From assembly GCA_964016885.1 (NCBI GenBank), contig OZ024748.1:42594001-42658000 (forward strand): a DNA stretch of 64,000 nt. Reading direction: 5' to 3'. Positions 24,201-39,200 of this stretch are shown in pieces; the first letter of the stretch is position 1, and each line of letters begins with the position of its first letter. Source of the DNA: Eledone cirrhosa. Lineage: Eukaryota. Position numbers and translations under genes: made by a program. Below the pieces are notes generated by a model. The model saw only the letters and a list, made by a program, of their open reading frames with translations, ran no database searches and had not been told where the DNA came from.

Positions 24201-27200
24201 GCTCAAAGTAGATCTGCTACTTACTTGAACTGAGAGATCACAGCTCTGATACTATGGTCATGTGGTTAGAATGTCTGAGGAAAGATTCACTGGCGAGTTG
24301 CTCCAAGTAGATCTGCTACTTCCTTGAACTGAGAGATCACAGCTCTGATACTATGGTCATGTGGTTAGAATGTCTGAGGAAAAATTCACTGTGGAGTTGC
24401 TCCAAGTAGATCTGCTACTTCCCTGAACTGAGAGATCACAGCTCTGATTCTATGGTCATGTGGTTCGAATGTCTGAGGAAAGATTCACTGGGGTGTTGCT
24501 CCAGGTAGATCTGCTACTTCCCTGAACTGAGAGATCACAGCTCTGATACTATGGTCATGTGGTTAGAATGTCTGAGGAAAGATTCACTGGGGTGTTGCTC
24601 CAAGTAGATCTGCTACTTCCCTGAACTGAGAGATCACAGCTCTGATTCTATGGTCATGTGGTTCGAATGTCTGAGAAAAGATTCACTGGGGAGTTGCTCC
24701 AAGTAGATTTGCTACTTCCTTGAACTGAGAGATCACAGCTCTGATACTATGGTCATGTGGTTAGAATGTCTGATGAAAGATTCTCTGGAGAGTTGCTCCA
24801 AGTAGATCTGCTACTTCCCTGAACTGAGAGATCACAGCTCTGATACTATGGTCATGTGGTTAGAATGACTGAGTAAAGATTCACTGGGGAGTTGCTCCAA
24901 GTAGATCTGCTACTTCCTTGAACTGAGAGATCACAGCTCTGATACTATGGTCATGTGGTTAGAATGTCTGAGGAAAGATTCACTGGCGAGTTGCTCCAAG
25001 TAGATCTGCTACTTCCCTGAACTGAGAGATCACAGCTCTGATTCTATGGTAATGTGGTTAGAATGTCTGAGGAAAGATTCACTGGGGAGTTGCTCCAAGT
25101 AGATCTGCTACTTCCCTGAACTGAGAGATCACAGCTCTGATTCTATGGTCATGTGGTTCGAATGTCTGAGGAAAGATTCACTGGGGTGTTGCTCCAGGTA
25201 GATCTGATACTTCCCTGAACTGAGAGATCACAGCTCTGATACTATGGTCATGTGGTTAGAATGTCTGAGGAAAGATTCACTGGGGAGTTGCTCCAAGTAG
25301 ATCTGCTACTTCCTTGAACTGAGAGATCACAGCTCTGATACTATGGTCATGTGGTTAGAATGTCTGAGGAAAGATTCACTGGGGTGTTGCTGCAAGTAGA
25401 TCTGCTACTTCCCTGAACTGAGAGATCACATCTCTAATTCTATGGCCATGTGGTTAGAATGTCTGAGGAAAGATTCACTGGGGAGTTGCTCCAAGTAGAT
25501 CTGCTACTTCCTTGAACTGAGAGATCACAGCTTTGATACTATGGTCATGTGGTTAGAATGTCTGAGGAAAGATTCACTGGGGAGTTGCTCCAAGTAGATC
25601 TGCTACTTCCCTGAACTGAGAGATCACAGCTCTGATACTATGGTCATGTGGTTGGAATGTCTGAGGAAAGATTCACTGGCGGGTTGCTCCAAGTAGATCT
25701 GCTACTTCCTTGAACTGAGAGATCACAGCTCTGATACTATGGTCATGTGGTTAGAATGTCTGAGGAAAGATTCATTGGCGAGTTGCTCCAAGTAGATCTG
25801 CTACTACCTTGAACTGAGAGATCACAGCTCTGATTCTATGGTCATGTGGTTCGAATGTCTGAGGAAAGATTCACTGGGGAGTTGCTCCAAGTAGATCTGC
25901 TACTTCCTTGAACTGAGAGATCACAGCTCTGATTCTATAGTCATGTGGTTAGAATGTCTGATGAAAGATTCACTGGGGAGTTGCTCCAAGTAGATCTGCT
26001 ACTTCCCTGAACTGAGAGATCACAGCTCTGATAGTATGGTCATGTGGTTAGAATGTCTGAGGAAAGATTCACTGGCGAGTTGCTCCAAGTAGATCTGCTA
26101 CTTCCTTGAACTGAGAGATCACAGCTCTGATACTATGGTCATGTGGTTAGAATGTCTGAGGAAAGATTCATTGGCGAGTTGCTCCAAGTAGATCTGCTAC
26201 TTCCTTGAACTGAGAGATCTCAGCTCTGATTCTATGGTCATGTGGTTAGAATGTCTGAGGAAAGATTCACTGGGGAGTTGCTCCAAGTAGATCTGCTACT
26301 TCCCTGAACTGAGAGATCACAGCTCTGATACTATGGTCATGTGGTTAGAATGTCTGAGGAAAGATTCACTGGGGAGTTACTCCAAGTAGCTCTGCTACTT
26401 CCCTGAACTGAGAGATCACAGCTCTGATACTATGGTCATGTGGTTAGAATGTCTGAGGAAAGATTCACTGGGGAGTGGCTCCAAGTAGATCTGCTACTTC
26501 CTTGAACTGAGAGATCACAGCTTTGATACTATGGTCATGTGGTTAGAATGTCTGAGGAAAGATTCACTGGGGAGTTGCTCCAAGTAGATCTGCTACTTCC
26601 CTGAACTGAGAGATCACAGCTCTGATACTATGGTCATGTGGTTAGAATGTCTGAGGAAAGATTCACTGGCGAGTTGCTCCAAGTAGATCTGCTACTTCCT
26701 TGAACTGAGAGATCACAGCTCTGATTCTATGGTCATGTGGTTAGAATGTCTGAGGAAAGATTCACTGGGGAGTTACTCCAAGTAGACCTGCTACTTCCTT
26801 GAACTGAGAGATCACAGCTCTGATACTATGGTCATGTGGTTAGAATGTCTGAGGATAGATTCACTGGGGAGTTGCTCCAAGTAGATCTGCTACTTCCTTG
26901 AACTGAGAGATCACAGCTCTGATACTATGGTCATGTGGTTAGAATGTCTGAGGATAGATTCACTGGGGAGTTGCTCCAAGTAGACCTGCTACTTCCTTGA
27001 ACTGAGAGATCACAGCTCTGATACTATGGTCATGTGGTTAGAATGTCTGAGGATAGATTCACTGGGGAGTTGCTCCAAGTAGATCTGCTACTTCCCTGAA
27101 CTGAGAGATCACAGCTCTGATACTATGGTCATGTGGTTAGAATGTCTGAGGAAAGATTCACTGGGGAGTTACTCCAAGTAGCTCTGCTACTTCCCTGAAC

Positions 27201-30200
27201 TGAGAGATCACAGCTCTGATACTATGGTCATGTGGTTAGAATGTCTGAGGAAAGATTCACTGGGGGAGTGGCTCCAAGTAGATCTGCTACTTCCTTGAAC
27301 TGAGAGATCACAGCTTTGATACTATGGTCATGTGGTTAGAATGTCTGAGGAAAGATTCACTGGGGAGTTGCTCCAAGTAGATCTGCTACTTCCCTGAACT
27401 GAGAGATCACAGCTCTGATTCTATTCTATGGTCATGTGGTTCGAATGTCTGAGGAAAGATTCACTGAGGAGTTGCTCCAAGTAGATCTGCTACTTCCTTG
27501 AACTGAGAGATCACAGCTCTGATTCGATAGTCTTGTGGTTAGAATGTCTGATGAAAGATTCACTGGGGAGTTGCTCCAAGTAGATCTGCTACTTCCCTGA
27601 ACTGAGAGATCACAGCTCTGATACTATGGTCATGTGGTTAGAATGTCTGAGGAACGATTCACTGGGGTGTTGCTCCAAGTAGATCTGCTACTTCCTTGAA
27701 CTGAGAGATCACAGCTCTTATACTATGGTCATGTGGTTAGAATGTCTGAGGAAAGATTCACTGGGGAGTTGCTCCAAGTAGATCTGCTACTTCCTTGAAC
27801 TGAGAGATCACAGCTCTGATACTATGGTCATGTGGTTAGAATGTCTGAGGATAGATTCACTGGGGAGTTACTCCAAGTAGATCTGCTACTTCCCTGAACT
27901 GAGAGATCACAACTCTGATACTATGGTCATGTGGTTAGAATGTCTGAGGAAAAATTCACTGGGGAGTTACTCCAAGTAGCTCTGCTACTTCCCTGAACTG
28001 AGAGATCACAGCTCTGATACTATGGTCATGTGGTTAGAATGTCTGAGGAAAGATTCACTGGGGAGTTGCTCCAAGTAGATCTGCTACTTCCTTGAACTGA
28101 GAGATCACAGCTCTGATACTATGGTCATGTGGTTAGAATGTCTGAGGAAAGATTCACTGGCGAGTTGCTCCAAGTAGATCTGCTACTTCCTTGAACTGAG
28201 AGATCACAGCTCTGATACTATGGTCATGTGGTTAGAATGTCTGAGGAAAGATTCACTGGGGAGTTGCTCCAAGTAGATCTGCTACTTCCTTGAACTGAGA
28301 GATCACAGCTCTGATTCTATGGTCATGTGGTTAGAAAGTCTGAGGAAAGATTCACTGGGGAGTTGCTCCAAGTAGATCTGCTACTTCCCTGAACTGAGAG
28401 ATCACAGCTCTGAAACTATGGTTATGTGGTTAGAAAGTCTGAGGAAAGATTCACTGGGGAGTTGCTCCAAGTAGATCTGCTACTTCCTTGAACTGAGAGA
28501 TCACAGCTTTGATACTATGGTCATGTGGTTAGAATGTCTGAGGAAAGATTCACTGGGGAGTTGCTCCAAGTAGATCTGCTACTTCCTTGAACTGAGAGAT
28601 CACAGCTCTGATACTATGGTCATGTGGTTAGAATGTCTGAGGAAAGATTCACTGGGGAGTTGCTCCAAGTAGATCTGCTACTTCCTTGAACTGAGAGATC
28701 ACAGCTCTAATACTATGGTCATGTGGTTAGAATGTCTGAGGAAAGATTCACTGGGGAGTTGCTCAAAGTAGATCTGCTACTTACTTGAACTGAGAGATCA
28801 CAGCTCTGATACTATGGTCATGTGGTTAGAATGTCTGAGGAAAGATTCACTGGCGAGTTGCTCCAAGTAGATCTGCTACTTCCCTGAACTGAGAGATCAC
28901 AGCTCTGATACTATGGTCATGTGGTTAGAATGTCTGAGGAAAGATTCACTGGGGTGTTGCTCCAAGTAGATCTGCTACTTCCTTGAACTGAGAGATCACA
29001 GCTCTGATTCTATGGTCATGTGGTTAGAATGTCTGAGGAAAGATTCACTGGGGAGTTGCTCCAAGTAGATCTGCTACTTCCTTGAACTGAGAGATCACAG
29101 CTCTGATACTATGGTCATGTGGTTAGAATGTCTGAGGAAAGATTCACTGGGGAGTTACTCCAAGTAGATCTGCTACTTCCCTGAACTGAGAGATCACAGC
29201 TCTGATACTATGGTCATGTGGTTAGAATGTCTGAGGAAAGATTCACAGGGAGTTGCTCCAAGTAGATCTGCTACTTCCTTGAACTGAGAGATCGCAGCTC
29301 TGATACTATGGTCATGTGGTTAGAATGTCTGAGGAAAGATTCACTGGGGAGTTGCTCCAAGTAGATCTGCTACTTCCTTGAACTGAGAGATCACAGCTCT
29401 GATACTATGGTCATGTGGTTAGAATGTCTGAGGAAAGATTCACTGGGGAGTTGCTCCAAGTAGATCTGCTACTTCCTTGAACTGAGAGATCACAGCTCTG
29501 ATTCTATGGTCATGTGGTTAGAATGTCTGAGGAAAGATTCACTGGGAGTTGCTCCAAGTAGATCTGCTACTTCCCTGAACTGAGAGATCACAGCTCTGAT
29601 ACTATGGTCATGTGGTTAGAATGTCTGAGGAAAGATTCACTGGGGAGTTACTCCAAGTAGATCTGCTACTTCCCTGAACTGAGAGATCACAACTCTGATA
29701 CTATGGTCATGTGGTTAGAATGTCTGAGGAAAAATTCACTGGGGAGTTACTCCAAGTAGCTCTGCTACTTCCCTGAACTGAGAGATCACAGCTCTGATAC
29801 TATGGCCATGTGGTTAGAATGTCTGAGGAAAGATTCACTGGGGAGTTGCTCCAAGTAGATCTGCTACTTCCTTGAACTGAGAGATCACGGCTCTGATACT
29901 ATGGTCATGTGGTTAGAATGTCTGAGGAAAGATTTAGTGGGGAGTTGCTCCAAGTAGATCTGCTACTTCCTTGATCTGAGAGATCACAGCTCTGATACTA
30001 TGGTCATGTGGTTAGAATGTCTGAGGAAAGATTCACTGGGGAGTTGCTCCAAGTAGATCTGCTACTTACTTGAACTGAGAGATCACAGCTCTGATACTAT
30101 GGTCATGTGGTTAGAATGTCTGAGGAAAGATTCACTGGCGAGTTGCTCCAAGTAGATCTGCTACTTCCTTGAACTGAGAGATCACAGCTCTGATACTATG

Positions 30201-33200
30201 GTCATGTGGTTAGAATGTCTGAGGAAAGATTCACTGGGGAGTTGCTCCAAGTAGATCTGCTACTTCCTTGAACTGAGAGATCACAGCTCTGATTCTATGG
30301 TCATGTGGTTAGAAAGTCTGAGGAAAGATTCACTGGGGAGTTGCTCCAAGTAGATCTGCTACTTCCCTGAACTGAGAGATCACAGCTCTGAAACTATGGT
30401 TATGTGGTTAGAAAGTCTGAGGAAAGATTCACTGGGGAGTTGCTCCAAGTAGATCTGCTACTTCCTTGAACTGAGAGATCACAGCTTTGATACTATGGTC
30501 ATGTGGTTAGAATGTCTGAGGAAAGATTCACTGGGGAGTTACTCCAAGTAGATCTGCTACTTCCCTGAACTGAGAGATCACAGCTCTGATTCTATGGTCA
30601 TGTGGTTAGAAAGTCTGAGGAAAGATTCACTGGGGAGTTGCTCCAAGTAGATCTGCTACTTCCCTGAACTGAGAGATCACAGCTCTGAAACTATGGTTAT
30701 GTGGTTAGAAAGTCTGAGGAAAGATTCACTGGGGAGTTGCTCCAAGTAGATCTGCTACTTCCTTGAACTGAGATATCACAGCTTTGATACTATGGTCATG
30801 TGGTTAGAATGTCTGAGGAAAGATTCACTGGGGAGTGGCTCCAAGTAGATCCGCTACTTCCTTGAACTGAGAGATCACAGCTTTTATACTATGGTCATGT
30901 GGTTAGAATGTCTGAGGAAAGATTCACTGGGGAGTTACTCCAAGTAGATCTGCTACTTCCCTGAACTGAGAGATCACAACTCTGATACTATGGTCATGTG
31001 GTTAGAATGTCTGAGGAAAAATTCACTGGGGAGTTACTCCAAGTAGCTCTGCTACTTCCCTGAACTGAGAGATCACAGCTCTGATACTATGGTCATGTGG
31101 TTAGAATGTCTGAGGAAAGATTTACTGGGGAGTTGCTCCAAGTAGATCTGCTACTTCCTTGATCTGAGAGATCACAGCTCTGAAACTATGGTCATGTGGT
31201 TAGAATGTCTGAGGAAAGATTCACTGGGGAGTTGCTCCAAGTAGATCTGCTACTTACTTGAACTGAGAGATCACAGCTCTGATACTATGGTCATGTGGTT
31301 AGAATGTCTGAGGAAAGATTCACTGGGGAGTTGCTCCAAGTAGATCTGCTACTTCCCTGAACTGAGAGATCACAGCTCTGAAACTATGGTTATGTGGTTA
31401 GAAAGTCTGAGGAAAGATTCACTGGGGAGTTGCTCCAAGTAGATCTGCTACTTCCTTGAACTGAGAGATCACAGCTTTGATACTATGGTCATGTGGTTAG
31501 AATGTCTGAGGAAAGATTCACTGGGGAGTTACTCCAAGTAGCTCTGCTACTTCCCTGAACTGAGAGATCACAGCTCTGATACTATGGTCATGTGGTTAGA
31601 ATGTCTGAGGAAAGATTCACTGGGAGTTGCTCCAAGTAGATCTGCTACTTCCTTGAACTGAGAGATCACAGCTCTGATACTATGGTCATGTGGTTAGAAT
31701 GTCTGAGGAAAGATTCACTGGGGAGTTGCTCCAAGTAGATCTGCTACTTCCTTGAACTGAGAGATCACAGCTCTGATACTATGGTCATGTGGTTAGAATG
31801 TCTGAGGAAAGATTCACTGGGGAGTTGCTCCAAGTAGATCTGCTACTTCCTTGAACTGAGAGATCACAGCTCTGATTCTATGGTCATGTGGTTAGAATGT
31901 CTGAGGAAAGATTCACTGGGAGTTGCTCCAAGTAGATCTGCTACTTCCCTGAACTGAGAGATCACAGCTCTGATACTATGGTCATGTGGTTAGAATGTCT
32001 GAGGAAAGATTCACTGGGGAGTTACTCCAAGTAGATCTGCTACTTCCCTGAACTGAGAGATCACAACTCTGATACTATGGTCATGTGGTTAGAATGTCTG
32101 AGGAAAAATTCACTGGGGAGTTACTCCAAGTAGCTCTGCTACTTCCCTGAACTGAGAGATCACAGCTCTGATACTATGGTCATGTGGTTAGAATGTCTGA
32201 GGAAAGATTCACTGGGGAGTTGCTCCAAGTAGATCTGCTACTTCCTTGAACTGAGAGATCACAGCTCTGATACTATGGTCATGTGGTTAGAATGTCTGAG
32301 GAAAGATTTACTGGGGAGTTGCTCCAAGTAGATCTGCTACTTCCTTGATCTGAGAGATCACAGCTCTGATACTATGGTCATGTGGTTAGAATGTCTGAGG
32401 AAAGATTCACTGGGGAGTTGCTCCAAGTATATCTGCTACTTCCCTGAACTGAGAGACCACAGCTCTGATACTATGGTCATGTGGTTAGAATGTCTGAGGA
32501 AAGATTCATTGGCGAGTTGCTCCAAGTAGATCTGCTACTTCCTTGAACTGAGAGATCACAGCTCTGATTCTGTGGTCATGTGGTTAGAATGTCTGAGGAA
32601 AGATTCACTGGGGAGTTGCTCCAAGTAGATCTGCTACTTCCCTGAACTGAGAGATCACAGCTCTGATTCTATTCTATGGTCATGTGGTTCGAATGTCTGA
32701 GGAAAGATTCACTGAGGAGTTGCTCCAAGTAGATCTGCTACTTCCTTGAACTGAGAGATCACAGCTCTGATTCGATAGTCTTGTGGTTAGAATGTCTGAT
32801 GAAAGATTCACTGGGGAGTTGCTCCAAGTAGATCTGCTACTTCCCTGAACTGAGAGATCACAGCTCTGATACTATGGTCATGTGGTTAGAATGTCTGAGG
32901 AACGATTCACTGGGGTGTTGCTCCAAGTAGATCTGCTACTTCCTTGAACTGAGAGATCACAGCTCTGATACTATGGTCATGTGGTTAGAATGTCTGAGGA
33001 TAGATTCACTGGGGAGTTACTCCAAGTAGATCTGCTACTTCCCTGAACTGAGAGATCACAACTCTGATACTATGGTCATGTGGTTAGAATGTCTGAGGAA
33101 AAATTCACTGGGGAGTTACTCCAAGTAGCTCTGCTACTTCCCTGAACTGAGAGATCACAGCTCTGATACTATGGTCATGTGGTTAGAATGTCTGAGGAAA

Positions 33201-36200
33201 GATTCACTGAGGAGTTGCTCCAAGTAGATCTGCTACTTCCTTGAACTGAGAGATCACAGCTCTGATACTATGGTCATGTGGTTAGAATGTCTGAGGAAAG
33301 ATTCACTGGCGAGTTGCTCCAAGTAGATCTGCTACTTCCTTGAACTGAGAGATCACAGCTCTGATACTATGGTCATGTGGTTAGAATGTCTGAGGAAAGA
33401 TTCACTGGGGAGTTGCTCCAAGTAGATCTGCTACTTCCTTGAACTGAGAGATCACAGCTCTGATTCTATGGTCATGTGGTTAGAAAGTCTGAGGAAAGAT
33501 TCACTGGGGAGTTGCTCCAAGTAGATCTGCTACTTCCCTGAACTGAGAGATCACAGCTCTGAAACTATGGTTATGTGGTTAGAAAGTCTGAGGAAAGATT
33601 CACTGGGGAGTTGCTCCAAGTAGATCTGCTACTTCCTTGAACTGAGAGATCACAGCTTTGATACTATGGTCATGTGGTTAGAATGTCTGAGGAAAGATTC
33701 ACTGGGGAGTTGCTCCAAGTAGATCTGCTACTTCCTTGAACTGAGAGATCACAGCTCTGATACTATGGTCATGTGGTTAGAATGTCTGAGGAAAGATTCA
33801 CTGGGGAGTTGCTCCAAGTAGATCTGCTACTTCCTTGAACTGAGAGATCACAGCTCTAATACTATGGTCATGTGGTTAGAATGTCTGAGGAAAGATTCAC
33901 TGGGGAGTTGCTCAAAGTAGATCTGCTACTTACTTGAACTGAGAGATCACAGCTCTGATACTATGGTCATGTGGTTAGAATGTCTGAGGAAAGATTCACT
34001 GGGGAGTTGCTCCAAGTAGATCTGCTACTTCCCTGAACTGAGAGATCACAGCTCTGATACTATGGTCATGTGGTTAGAATGTCTGAGGAAAGATTCACTG
34101 GGGTGTTGCTCCAAGTAGATCTGCTACTTCCTTGAACTGAGAGATCACAGCTCTGATTCTATGGTCATGTGGTTAGAATGTCTGAGGAAAGATTCACTGG
34201 GGAGTTGCTCCAAGTAGATCTGCTACTTCCTTGAACTGAGAGATCACAGCTCTGATACTATGGTCATGTGGTTAGAATGTCTGAGGAAAGATTCACTGGG
34301 GAGTTACTCCAAGTAGATCTGCTACTTCCCTGAACTGAGAGATCACAGCTCTGATACTATGGTCATGTGGTTAGAATGTCTGAGGAAAGATTCACTGGGG
34401 AGTTACTCCAAGTAGCTCTGCTACTTCCCTGAACTGAGAGATCACAGCTCTGATACTATGGTCATGTGGTTAGAATGTCTGAGGAAAGATTCACTGGGAG
34501 TTGCTCCAAGTAGATCTGCTACTTCCTTGAACTGAGAGATCACAGCTCTGATACTATGGTCATGCGGTTAGAATGTCTGAGGAAAGATTCACTGGGGAGT
34601 TGCTCCAAGTAGATCTGCTACTTCCTTGAACTGAGAGATCACAGCTCTGATACTATGGTCATGTGGTTAGAATGTCTGAGGAAAGATTCACTGGGGAGTT
34701 GCTCCAAGTAGATCTGCTACTTCCTTGAACTGAGAGATCACAGCTCTGATTCTATGGTCATGTGGTTAGAATGTCTGAGGAAAGATTCACTGGGAGTTGC
34801 TCCAAGTAGATCTGCTACTTCCCTGAACTGAGAGATCACAGCTCTGATACTATGGTCATGTGGTTAGAATGTCTGAGGAAAGATTCACTGGGGAGTTACT
34901 CCAAGTAGATCTGCTACTTCCCTGAACTGAGAGATCACAACTCTGATACTATGGTCATGTGGTTAGAATGTCTGAGGAAAAATTCACTGGGGAGTTACTC
35001 CAAGTAGCTCTGCTACTTCCCTGAACTGAGAGATCACAGCTCTGATACTATGGTCATGTGGTTAGAATGTCTGAGGAAAGATTCACTGGGGAGTTGCTCC
35101 AAGTAGATCTGCTACTTCCTTGAACTGAGAGATCACAGCTCTGATACTATGGTCATGTGGTTAGAATGTCTGAGGAAAGATTTACTGGGGAGTTGCTCCA
35201 AGTAGATCTGCTACTTCCTTGATCTGAGAGATCACAGCTCTGATACTATGGTCATGTGGTTAGAATGTCTGAGGAAAGATTCACTGGGGAGTTGCTCCAA
35301 GTAGATCTGCTACTTACTTGAACTGAGAGATCACAGCTCTGATACTATGGTCATGTGGTTAGAATGTCTGAGGAAAGATTCACTGGCGAGTTGCTCCAAG
35401 TAGATCTGCTACTTCCTTGAACTGAGAGATCACAGCTCTGATACTATGGTCATGTGGTTAGAATGTCTGAGGAAAGATTCACTGGGGAGTTGCTCCAAGT
35501 AGATCTGCTACTTCCTTGAACTGAGAGATCACAGCTCTGATTCTATGGTCATGTGGTTAGAAAGTCTGAGGAAAGATTCACTGGGGAGTTGCTCCAAGTA
35601 GATCTGCTACTTCCCTGAACTGAGAGATCACAGCTCTGAAACTATGGTTATGTGGTTAGAAAGTCTGAGGAAAGATTCACTGGGGAGTTGCTCCAAGTAG
35701 ATCTGCTACTTCCTTGAACTGAGAGATCACAGCTTTGATACTATGGTCATGTGGTTAGAATGTCTGAGGAAAGATTCACTGGGGAGTTACTCCAAGTAGA
35801 TCTGCTACTTCCCTGAACTGAGAGATCACAGCTCTGATTCTATGGTCATGTGGTTAGAAAGTCTGAGGAAAGATTCACTGGGGAGTTGCTCCAAGTAGAT
35901 CTGCTACTTCCCTGAACTGAGAGATCACAGCTCTGAAACTATGGTTATGTGGTTAGAAAGTCTGAGGAAAGATTCACTGGGGAGTTGCTCCAAGTAGATC
36001 TGCTACTTCCTTGAACTGAGATATCACAGCTTTGATACTATGGTCATGTGGTTAGAATGTCTGAGGAAAGATTCACTGGGGAGTTACTCCAAGTAGATCT
36101 GCTACTTCCCTGAACTGAGAGATCACAACTCTGATACTATGGTCATGTGGTTAGAATGTCTGAGGAAAAATTCACTGGGGAGTTACTCCAAGTAGCTCTG

Positions 36201-39200
36201 CTACTTCCCTGAACTGAGAGATCACAGCTCTGATACTATGGTCATGTGGTTAGAATGTCTCAGGAAAGATTCACTGGGGAGTGGCTCCAAGTAGATCCGC
36301 TACTTCCTTGAACTGAGAGATCACAGCTTTTATACTATGGTCATGTGGTTAGAATGTCTGAGGAAAGATTCACTGGGGAGTTACTCCAAGTAGATCTGCT
36401 ACTTCCCTGAACTGAGAGATCACAACTCTGATACTATGGTCATGTGGTTAGAATGTCTGAGGAAAAATTCACTGGGGAGTTACTCCAAGTAGCTCTGCTA
36501 CTTCCCTGAACTGAGAGATCACAGCTCTGATACTATGGTCATGTGGTTAGAATGTCTGAGGAAAGATTTACTGGGGAGTTGCTCCAAGTAGATCTGCTAC
36601 TTCCTTGATCTGAGAGATCACAGCTCTGAAACTATGGTCATGTGGTTAGAATGTCTGAGGAAAGATTCACTGGGGAGTTGCTCCAAGTAGATCTGCTACT
36701 TCCTTGAACTGAGAGATCACAGCTCTGATACTATGGTCATGTGGTTAGAATGTCTGAGGAAAGATTCACTGGGAGTTGCTCCAAGTAGATCTGCTACTTC
36801 CTTGAACTGAGAGATCACAGCTCTGATACTATGGTCATGTGGTTAGAATGTCTGAGGAAAGATTCACAGGGGGGTTGCTCCAAGTAGATCTGCTACTTCC
36901 TTGAACTGAGAGATCACAGCTCTGATACTATGGTCATGTGGTTAGAATGTCTGAGGAAAGATTCACTGGGGAGTTGCTCCAAGTAGATCTGCTACTTCCT
37001 TGAACTGAGAGATCACAGCTCTGATTCTATGGTCATGTGGTTAGAATGTCTGAGGAAAGATTCACTGGGAGTTGCTCCAAGTAGATCTGCTACTTCCCTG
37101 AACTGAGAGATCACAGCTCTGATACTATGGTCATGTGGTTAGAATGTCTGAGGAAAGATTCACTGGGGAGTTACTCCAAGTAGATCTGCTACTTCCCTGA
37201 ACTGAGAGATCACAACTCTGATACTATGGTCATGTGGTTAGAATGTCTGAGGAAAAATTCACTGGGGAGTTACTCCAAGTAGCTCTGCTACTTCCCTGAA
37301 CTGAGAGATCACAGCTCTGATACTATGGTCATGTGGTTAGAATGTCTGAGGAAAGATTCACTGGGGAGTTGCTCCAAGTAGATCTGCTACTTCCTTGAAC
37401 TGAGAGATCACAGCTCTGATACTATGGTCATGTGGTTAGAATGTCTGAGGAAAGATTTACTGGGGAGTTGCTCCAAGTAGATCTGCTACTTCCTTGATCT
37501 GAGAGATCACAGCTCTGATACTATGGTCATGTGGTTAGAATGTCTGAGGAAAGATTCACTGGCGAGTTGCTCCAAGTAGATCTGCTACTTCCTTGAACTG
37601 AGAGATCACAGCTCTGATACTATGGTCATGTGGTTAGAATGTCTGAGGAAAGATTCACTGGGGAGTTGCTCCAAGTAGATCTGCTACTTCCTTGAACTGA
37701 GAGATCACAGCTCTGATTCTATGGTCATGTGGTTAGAAAGTCTGAGGAAAGATTCACTGGGGAGTTGCTCCAAGTAGATCTGCTACTTCCCTGAACTGAG
37801 AGATCACAGCTCTGAAACTATGGTTATGTGGTTAGAAAGTCTGAGGAAAGATTCACTGGGGAGTTGCTCCAAGTAGATCTGCTACTTCCTTGAACTGAGA
37901 GATCACAGCTTTGATACTATGGTCATGTGGTTAGAATGTCTGAGGAAAGATTCACTGGGGAGTTACTCCAAGTAGATCTGCTACTTCCCTGAACTGAGAG
38001 ATCACAGCTCTGATTCTATGGTCATGTGGTTAGAAAGTCTGAGGTAAGATTCACTGGGGAGTTGCTCCAAGTAGATCTGCTACTTCCCTGAACTGAGAGA
38101 TCACAGCTCTGAAACTATGGTTATGTGGTTAGAAAGTCTGAGGAAAGATTCACTGGGGAGTTGCTCCAAGTAGATCTGCTACTTCCTTGAACTGAGATAT
38201 CACAGCTTTGATACTATGGTCATGTGGTTAGAATGTCTGAGGAAAGATTCACTGGGGAGTTACTCCAAGTAGATCTGCTACTTCCCTGAACTGAGAGATC
38301 ACAACTCTGATACTATGGTCATGTGGTTAGAATGTCTGAGGAAAAATTCACTGGGGAGTTACTCCAAGTAGCTCTGCTACTTCCCTGAACTGAGAGATCA
38401 CAGCTCTGATACTATGGTCATGTGGTTAGAATGTCTGAGGAAAAATTCACTGGGGAGTTACTCCAAGTAGCTCTGCTACTTCCCTGAACTGAGAGATCAC
38501 AGCTCTGATACTATGGTCATGTGGTTAGAATGTCTGAGGAAAGATTTACTGGGGAGTTGCTCCAAGTAGATCTGCTACTTCCTTGATCTGAGAGATCACA
38601 GCTCTGAAACTATGGTCATGTGGTTAGAATGTCTCAGGAAAGATTCACTGGGGAGTTGCTCCAAGTAGATCTGCTACTTCCCTGAACTGAGAGATCACAG
38701 CTCTGATACTATGGTTATGTGGTTAGAAAGTCTGAGGAAAGATTCACTGGGGAGTTACTCCAAGTAGATCTGCTACTTCCCTGAACTGAGAGATCACAAC
38801 TCTGATACTATGGTCATGTGGTTAGAATGTCTGAGGAAAAATTCACTGGGGAGTTACTCCAAGTAGCTCTGCTACTTCCCTGAACTGAGAGATCACAGCT
38901 CTGATACTATGGTCATGTGGTTAGAATGTCTGAGGAAAGATTCACTGGGGAGTGGCTCCAAGTAGATCTGCTACTTCCCTGAACTGAGAGATCACAGCTC
39001 TGATACTATGGTTATGTGGTTAGAATGTCTGAGGAAAGATTCACTGGGGAGTTACTCCAAGTAGATCTGCTACTTCCCTGAACTGAGAGATCACAACTCT
39101 GATACTATGGTCATGTGGTTAGAATGTCTGAGGAAAAATTCACTGGGGAGTTACTCCAAGTAGCTCTGCTACTTCCCTGAACTGAGAGATCACAGCTCTG

